A stretch of 64,000 nucleotides of DNA from the human T2T-CHM13v2.0 reference genome, Homo sapiens. Shown in pieces: positions 57,901 to 64,000 of this stretch; position 1 is the first letter of the stretch; each line of letters opens with the position of its first letter. The stretch is taken from assembly GCF_009914755.1 (NCBI RefSeq), contig NC_060944.1. One strand, given 5' to 3'. Below the pieces are notes generated by a model that worked only from the letters and a program-made list of their open reading frames with translations, did no database searches and was not told the DNA's origin. Both the position numbers and the translations under genes were made by a program.

Positions 57901-59569
57901 ATGAAAGAGAAACATTGCTGCTAAAATTCATTAAGTGAAGGCTTATGGGGACGTAGACCTTCATAGCATCCCATACTTGCAAAAGGGGCAATCTAACTGA
58001 AGGATGACATCAGTATCAGATATCAGATATCACACAAACCAATGATCACTTTTACTGTCTCAACTGTGGGTCAATCTGACATTACAAATTTTCTGATGTA
58101 GTACAACATGAGGTACAAAATTTCACCTGTGATTTATTCTAGTCAAGCGTGTTTAACTGGCAGCCATTAAGGCATTAGGTGTAAATTTAGACACAGAAAG
58201 CAATCAAGCAAAGCCTCAAGGTATGCCATTTTGTAGGTCAATTGTCCTCTTTCCTTCAACAAGTCAGTACCATTTAAAAAGGGGGGTAATTCTAGATTTA
58301 AAAAAAAATTAAGGGGTGGACAATTAGATATAATGTGCAGGACTGCACTGAGACTGGTTTAAAGAAATCAGCCATAAAGAAAAATGTTTAACTAATTAAA
58401 GACATCTAAATACAGCATGGTTATTATATATAATGAAAATGCATGAAAACAAAAATGTGAAAATTATTGACTGAAAAAGAGGTTACAAAGTGTATATTTG
58501 ATGAAAAATAATATGTAAGGCTAGAGTAAAAGGTACTAACAATAGTGCTTTCTTGTTTATAGGACTATTTCAACACATTTTGCTCCTCTGCATTTAAAAA
58601 CTTTTCTCTGATGCACATATACTGTTTCTGTAATAATAAAATTATGTTTAAATGATTCAACATTTCTGAATAGCAAATTACTATATATGTATACTTTAAA
58701 ATAGACAATTTATAGGGCTATACCCAACTTGTGGCTGTGCACTATCCACTTAGTATACAGGTACTTCTTACCCTTCTTTTAATATCTAATTATAAAATTC
58801 TGAACTCATTGAGGGCTATTAGCACATCTACAATTGTTTATGCTTCTTCTAAGTTTGATATTTGTATGGTATTTTTAAAATTATATATTATGAACTTTTT
58901 GTATATATTTGAGTATTTTGATATTTTACCTATAAAAAGTACAATGTTTACTGAACAAAATAATAGAATAATTATTTTTAAAAATGTAGAAATTAACAAT
59001 TGCAGGCAATATCACTTCCCAGAAATAATTTCCAGTTTTATTACATTGTCATCATGGACTAAATTATACACTATTTTTACTTTTTGGAATATGCTAAGGT
59101 TTTCATTGAGGCCCAATACTTTGTCCATTTTGACTATTATTCCATGAGTATTTGAATAAATATACACATATTAGTTATCTTCCATTAATTGCTTATGTCC
59201 TCCTAAATCTCACTTATTTTTTTCACTTGATCTTCCATCAGCTGAAAAAATAGTATTATAAATTGTATTTTTTAAAATGCTTCTGAAGTTTTTGCTTTCT
59301 GAATTTTGCATACATATTTAATAAATATTTATGACAGTTACTTATTTATAGTGACCTTTTTATTGATACAAAGTGCCTTTGTCCTTCTTCATATTTTTTA
59401 CCAACCATGAATAAAACCTATTTGTTCTAAATATTGTGATCTTTCCTTTTTGTTTTAATTTCCATTTGCCTGTAGTTCTTTTGCCCAAAGCTTCACTTTC
59501 AAGCTTTTGAGTTAATTTTTATTAGAGTTTCTGCTTGTATGCAATAAATCATTGGCTTTGTTACTGAAT

Positions 59570-60048
59570 GTAATCCTGTAAGGAATCATGATTCCTCTCA
59601 GAGTTTTCACTGTCAAGAACTTAAAGAGTCTGTTTACGGAGGTGTAGCTAGGGTTAAAAAAATAAGAGAGAAAGAGAGATGCAGAGGAACAAAGACACCA
59701 ACCACAGGAAGCCATAAAGGGACAAGAGAAAAGATAGCATTACCAGAGCTAAGTGAGTTCTGGAGCTACAAAGAAAGGTCACATAGCAGAAGTTCTAGTT
59801 ATGGAGAGATTCAGCCCCTGGCAGAAGCACAGAACCAAAGCAGAGGGAATCGGGGAAGAAATAACCCATTCTCCTCTCCACCTAACTTGAACCCTAGAGA
59901 AGCCTCCCACTGAGTGCCTTCTGCTGAAATTCAGGCGACAAAGGAATCTGGATGATGTTGACTGCATGGCTCTGCATCCATGAGCACAGAGCAAGTTAGA
60001 CAAGGGAAGAAAATAAATCCATGAAGTCAATAAAAACTTACCAGAACA
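59570..60048 (-). mobile_element. ERVL (LTR33-like) LTR, 3' side of decayed provirus
   Basis: ctgtttacggaggtgtagctagggttaa...gagcacagagcaag...aaca, abutting ERVL internal sequence. Confidence 0.55.
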
Positions 60049-60049
60049 T

Positions 60050-62180
60050 TACTCCGACTTCGCATTCATTCTTGCCTCTTGCTTAGATTAAGAAAATTGG
60101 ATCTCCAGTACAGAGAGACCACAGTCCTAGCATAATTTAAATTGTGGCAGGGTGTCAGCAATTCAGTCTTATTCCCAACTGGATTATAAATGTTAATGTC
60201 ACCCACTATCAGTATTCTTTATATGAGATAGCAAGGAGAGTGAGGGGAAAGAAATATTCAGTTAATATAAATATGTAAATTAGCTACTACTATTTTCACT
60301 TTTTGTCATGAGGCTAAATTTTATCATCATAATTTCCTTTTTCTATTGTCCATTCCATTTTCAAGCAAACTTTACTACTTCCATAGTACAGGAATTATTG
60401 TCTCATGGGATGACGCAAATCTTCATTTCATAGGATCAAAGTCCCTAGTGATACTGTCTTTATTTGGTGGCTCTTTACGGGACATATAAGTGCTAAAAGG
60501 CTCCACAGCAGATCTCCTGGATTCCAACTAGGCCTACTTGCCTAGTTTTCATTTGTTAATCAGAATTAATCAATCCATTCAGTATAGTTAAACTCTTTAT
60601 TGCCAGTTAGGTCAATGGCATTAGGAGCTAAAAATAGCAAGGGTGCAATTTCAGGTCCAAATTTAATGGAAACATAGCTATATTTCTTGAAAGAAATGTT
60701 CCTTCCTTGGAAAAGAGAACCTCCAAAGCTACTAAATACAAGTTTCCAGGAAGGGAAATAAAATTCTGTAAATCGAATATTAGGTAAAATAATTCTACTT
60801 CTTAGTTCCTGATCCTACATATTCTGGCTTTTGGAAATATGGCTTATGTATTGGCTAATAGTTTAATCTGTTAGGCCAGCACCACAATTTCAAGCAATAT
60901 TTTGTCACACCTGGCACTGAAACTGAGCCTTTAGGAAGCCATTCCATCATTCTATCAGGCCAGCTGCTTACTGGTGATGGAACATGTGGGGAAACATGAA
61001 TTTCATGGGCATGGATCTTTTGTAACAATTGTTTTGCTATAAAATGAGTTTCCTTGTCAAAGGCAATGTAGTATGGGATGTTATGGCAATGAATAAGGCA
61101 TTCTATAAGGTGACATATGGTGACACTGGTAGAAGCATTGAAAGCAGAGGAGAGAAACCCATTTCTAGAATGTGTATTTGGTTTTATGTGGACAAATGAT
61201 TGCTTACTCCACAATATAAAGGATTCAATGTAATCACTCTGGCACCAGGAGCCTGGTCGGTGTCCCTATGAAATGGTGCCATATCAGGAACACATTGGCC
61301 CTTGGTATTGACAAGTTGGACACTCAATGATAGTAGACAGATCAGGGTTGCTAAAGGGTAGTCCATTGTGTTGAGTTCATGCATATTTACCACCCATGCA
61401 TCTATGATTACTTTTTGCATGGTTCCACTAGGTAAGCACCAGTATCACTGGGAGAAAGCTTGATAGACATCCACAGGAAAGATCAGACACCTAATCTACC
61501 TGATTGTTGAGCACCTTCTCTTTAGGGGATTCCCCTGTTGAATATGAATGAGAGTTGAGGAAAATTTGATAACTAAGCAGGAATAGCTAATAAAGGTCTG
61601 AACTACCTGCTCATTCAATATACTTGTGACTCCCCTTCCTGTTCAGCCTTAATGTCACCCATATCAATTCCATTTTATAATAACCTGCTAATTTTCAAGC
61701 ACAGTTTTAAGATTTGATAACTTGGATAGCACCCGGTTGATAGTTAACACTTCAAATCACATAGTTACCTGGTGACAAGCCAGACTTCTTCAATAGATAA
61801 AAATATTTGGCAGAAGGGGACATAGTTTTGTTCCAAAATTATTAGTTAGGTGAACTATGATTGTCTTCTTGGGGTTACTTGGAAGCCTCAAACAGCATTA
61901 CTCTAAGCCAGATACTTAGATCTACTGAGTCAAAATACACACGCAGCAGAGGAGCCTACAGCACAGACTGAACCTGCTGCAAAGAGCTATTTTTTCTAAA
62001 TGTGTAGACTTGTGAGTTAGCCTGTAATAGGTTTGAATACACATAACTGTAGTCATGTTACTTCCAAAATCCAGAGAAGCCTCTCAGTCACTCTGTTCTT
62101 TCTGTGTGGTAGGCAGTACAAGGTATAGTTACCTGTTATTCCCTAAGAAACAGATATTCTTACATATCCCATTTTGTAAT
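60050..62180 (-). mobile_element. Decayed ERVL internal region (pol RT/RNaseH-integrase remnant)
   Basis: ORF 60855-61214 (SAFNASTSVTICHLIECLIHCHNIPYYIAFDKETHFIAK...HAHEIH) aligns to recalled HERV-L integrase ARNASAKTTIRGLTECLIHRHGIPHSIASDQGTHFTAK; GFW motif remnant near 62060-62075. Confidence 0.85.
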
Positions 62181-62183
62181 AGC

Positions 62184-62829
62184 TTCTACATTAATTAGGA
62201 CCCTTGTATAAAACAGAAATCTGCTTCAGGCTTGGTATGGGGGCTCACACCTCTAATCCCAGCATTTTGGGAGGCCAAGGTGGGAGATCACGTGAGCCTA
62301 GGAGTTCAAGACCATCCTGGGCAACATAGGGAGACCCCATCACTATTATTAAAAAAGAAAGAAAGAAAAGAAAAATAAATCTGCTTCAAAGATCCACAAT
62401 AGAGACTTTGTTGAACCGACTACTTACCTCAGTTAGAGCAGGATTTAAAACCCCAGGAAAGGTTGCTGTAGTACTCAGATACCAGGAACAGTGAAATGCT
62501 GTTACCATCCCCAGACCTGAAGGGACAAGGTGTATAATTTGCATTATTGAAGCCTAGAAAGAGCTGGTGCTGTGGAGAAGAGTTATCTGGTAGAAACTAC
62601 ATTCACGCAGAATTAGGAAGAAAGCAGGGTATAGATATCAGGATTTATCTCTCTCTCCTTCAACCATCTGACCCACTGCCAGTGCCTTACATTAATCCAA
62701 TTCAACTAGGAGCTAGCTGGCAGAGGAACCTGAATGATAAAGTCTTAGGAGTTCACCTCCTGGAGCACAGAACAGAGTACTGAAAGTCAGATAAAGGATT
62801 TGTGTGGAGCTAACAGAATTATCAACACA
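62184..62829 (-). mobile_element. ERVL (LTR33-like) LTR, 5' side, interrupted by FLAM
   Basis: gctgttaccatccccagacctgaagggacaagg...ccagtgcct...ggagcacagaacagag...aacaca. Confidence 0.6.
62229..62376 (+). mobile_element. FLAM_C Alu monomer
   Basis: Left-arm-only Alu with A-rich tail; TSD aaatctgcttca at 62217 and 62377. Confidence 0.9.
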
Positions 62830-64000
62830 TTTTTCTTGTCCAATATAAGTCTTTTGCTTTAATTATTAATTTTATTTCATTACATATAACAGTGAAGATA
62901 TGTTTAGTTTGAGTTTTGTCATCTTATGTAATGATCTCTGCTTTGAATGTTTTATTTTTTCACATTTTTCTATAATATGTCCTTTTGTATATGTTTGCAT
63001 TTGCCTTTCATAAGATTTTGTATGTTTGTGTATATGTATCAGTTATGATGATACACAGCAGAAAAAAAATTTTAATATCTGCAAATATATATAAAGTAGA
63101 GATGCACCAAATAGATATTTGGCTGAACACCGAAAGGCTGAGTATCAACGTCATTATTCACCTGAAGCTGAATATTACTATTGTAGAATGAATCCAAAGT
63201 TTTATGAAATTCAATTTTGAGTGCAATATTTGTTACTGAAATTTCAGTAATCAAAAATTTAAAGCTTGATATTATTCAAGGACAGTAATTTCTTGTCATT
63301 GTCAGCTACAAGATTGTTCCTGTGGTCATCATAGCATGGGCAGATGCTAATTTGTCTACCTTCCTATATCATACATAGGAGGAAGTTCCCACCAAATTAT
63401 TACACTTTCTTCCACTATAATATTAAAAAATAAAGTATATATATGAAGATTGTGGATTCTGAAAATGTAGTTGATGGTGACTATGGAGCTTCATTGAAGC
63501 AATACCCCAGCAACTGCAGCTTTGCACACTGACTATTTTTAGAAGCAGAATTAGAATTGATGCTTTGAAATACATATTTTTATGCTTCTATTTTCCTGCA
63601 CTTGTTCCATAATCACTTGAGAATATTTCTCTATAAACCTTAACTTTTAAATGTGGCAATGGAAAAGTGAAAATAGCTCTTAAGATAAAGCAATTGTCTC
63701 TGAATTTTCAGCTGCATCTAAACTTTCATGATGAAGCTAATTTCAGTAGGTTCTCCAGTTTAGGATGACAGGAAGAGCTTTACCACAGGTATCTTATAAG
63801 AAATATGTGCACTCTAATGGCATATTGTATGGTGATTTCATCAACAAATTATAGCAAACAAACTAATTTATCTCTAAGCAACCACTGGATCTTAATAAGT
63901 CCTGAGATGGAAGCTGTGCCATTAAGGTTTGTTCAAGCAGCTACTTTAATATTTAATCTGCCAATTTACCTTGTATAGGTTCATAACAAAGCAGTTCCAA

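Noticed and set aside
58731-59147. 138-aa hydrophobic ORF
   Set aside because: AT-rich, GTG start, and partly overlaps antisense decayed L1.
60855-61420. Integrase-like ORF as a domesticated gene
   Set aside because: Frameshifted, with degraded catalytic motifs; ordinary ERVL decay.

Overview
Primate (human-like) genomic DNA with no supportable intact protein-coding gene; the ORF track is explained by Alu, L1, ERV, satellite or GC-rich spurious frames. The window has four abruptly joined domains. (1) 1-27.9 kb: relatively GC-rich, MIR/L2-rich euchromatin-like DNA with scattered Alus, a CpG island (~12.0-13.1 kb), several homeodomain/TALE-motif-dense enhancer-like blocks, a TATA+Inr candidate promoter and an hY1 RNA retropseudogene. 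(2) 27.9-30.1 kb: about 1.07 units of a ~2.1-kb SST1-like macrosatellite. (3) 30.1-40.0 kb: ~50+ divergent monomeric alpha-satellite units without CENP-B boxes, carrying an AluY-type insertion, a twin-primed L1PA2-type insertion and relics of multi-monomer duplications. (4) 40-64 kb: an Alu-dense block (40-48.6 kb), then an AT-rich block with a truncated MER57 provirus, old L1s, a solo THE1B LTR and a decayed ERVL provirus. This looks like a pericentromeric/segmental-duplication mosaic. The most notable signals are the junction scars around the satellite block, fossil multi-monomer structure in the alphoid array, gene-less enhancer-like motif clusters beside satellite, and a possible LTR-driven spliced minus-strand transcript. 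Repeat family names come from recalled consensus sequences, not a database search, and the chromosome cannot be assigned from sequence alone. I found no convincing novel protein-coding system.
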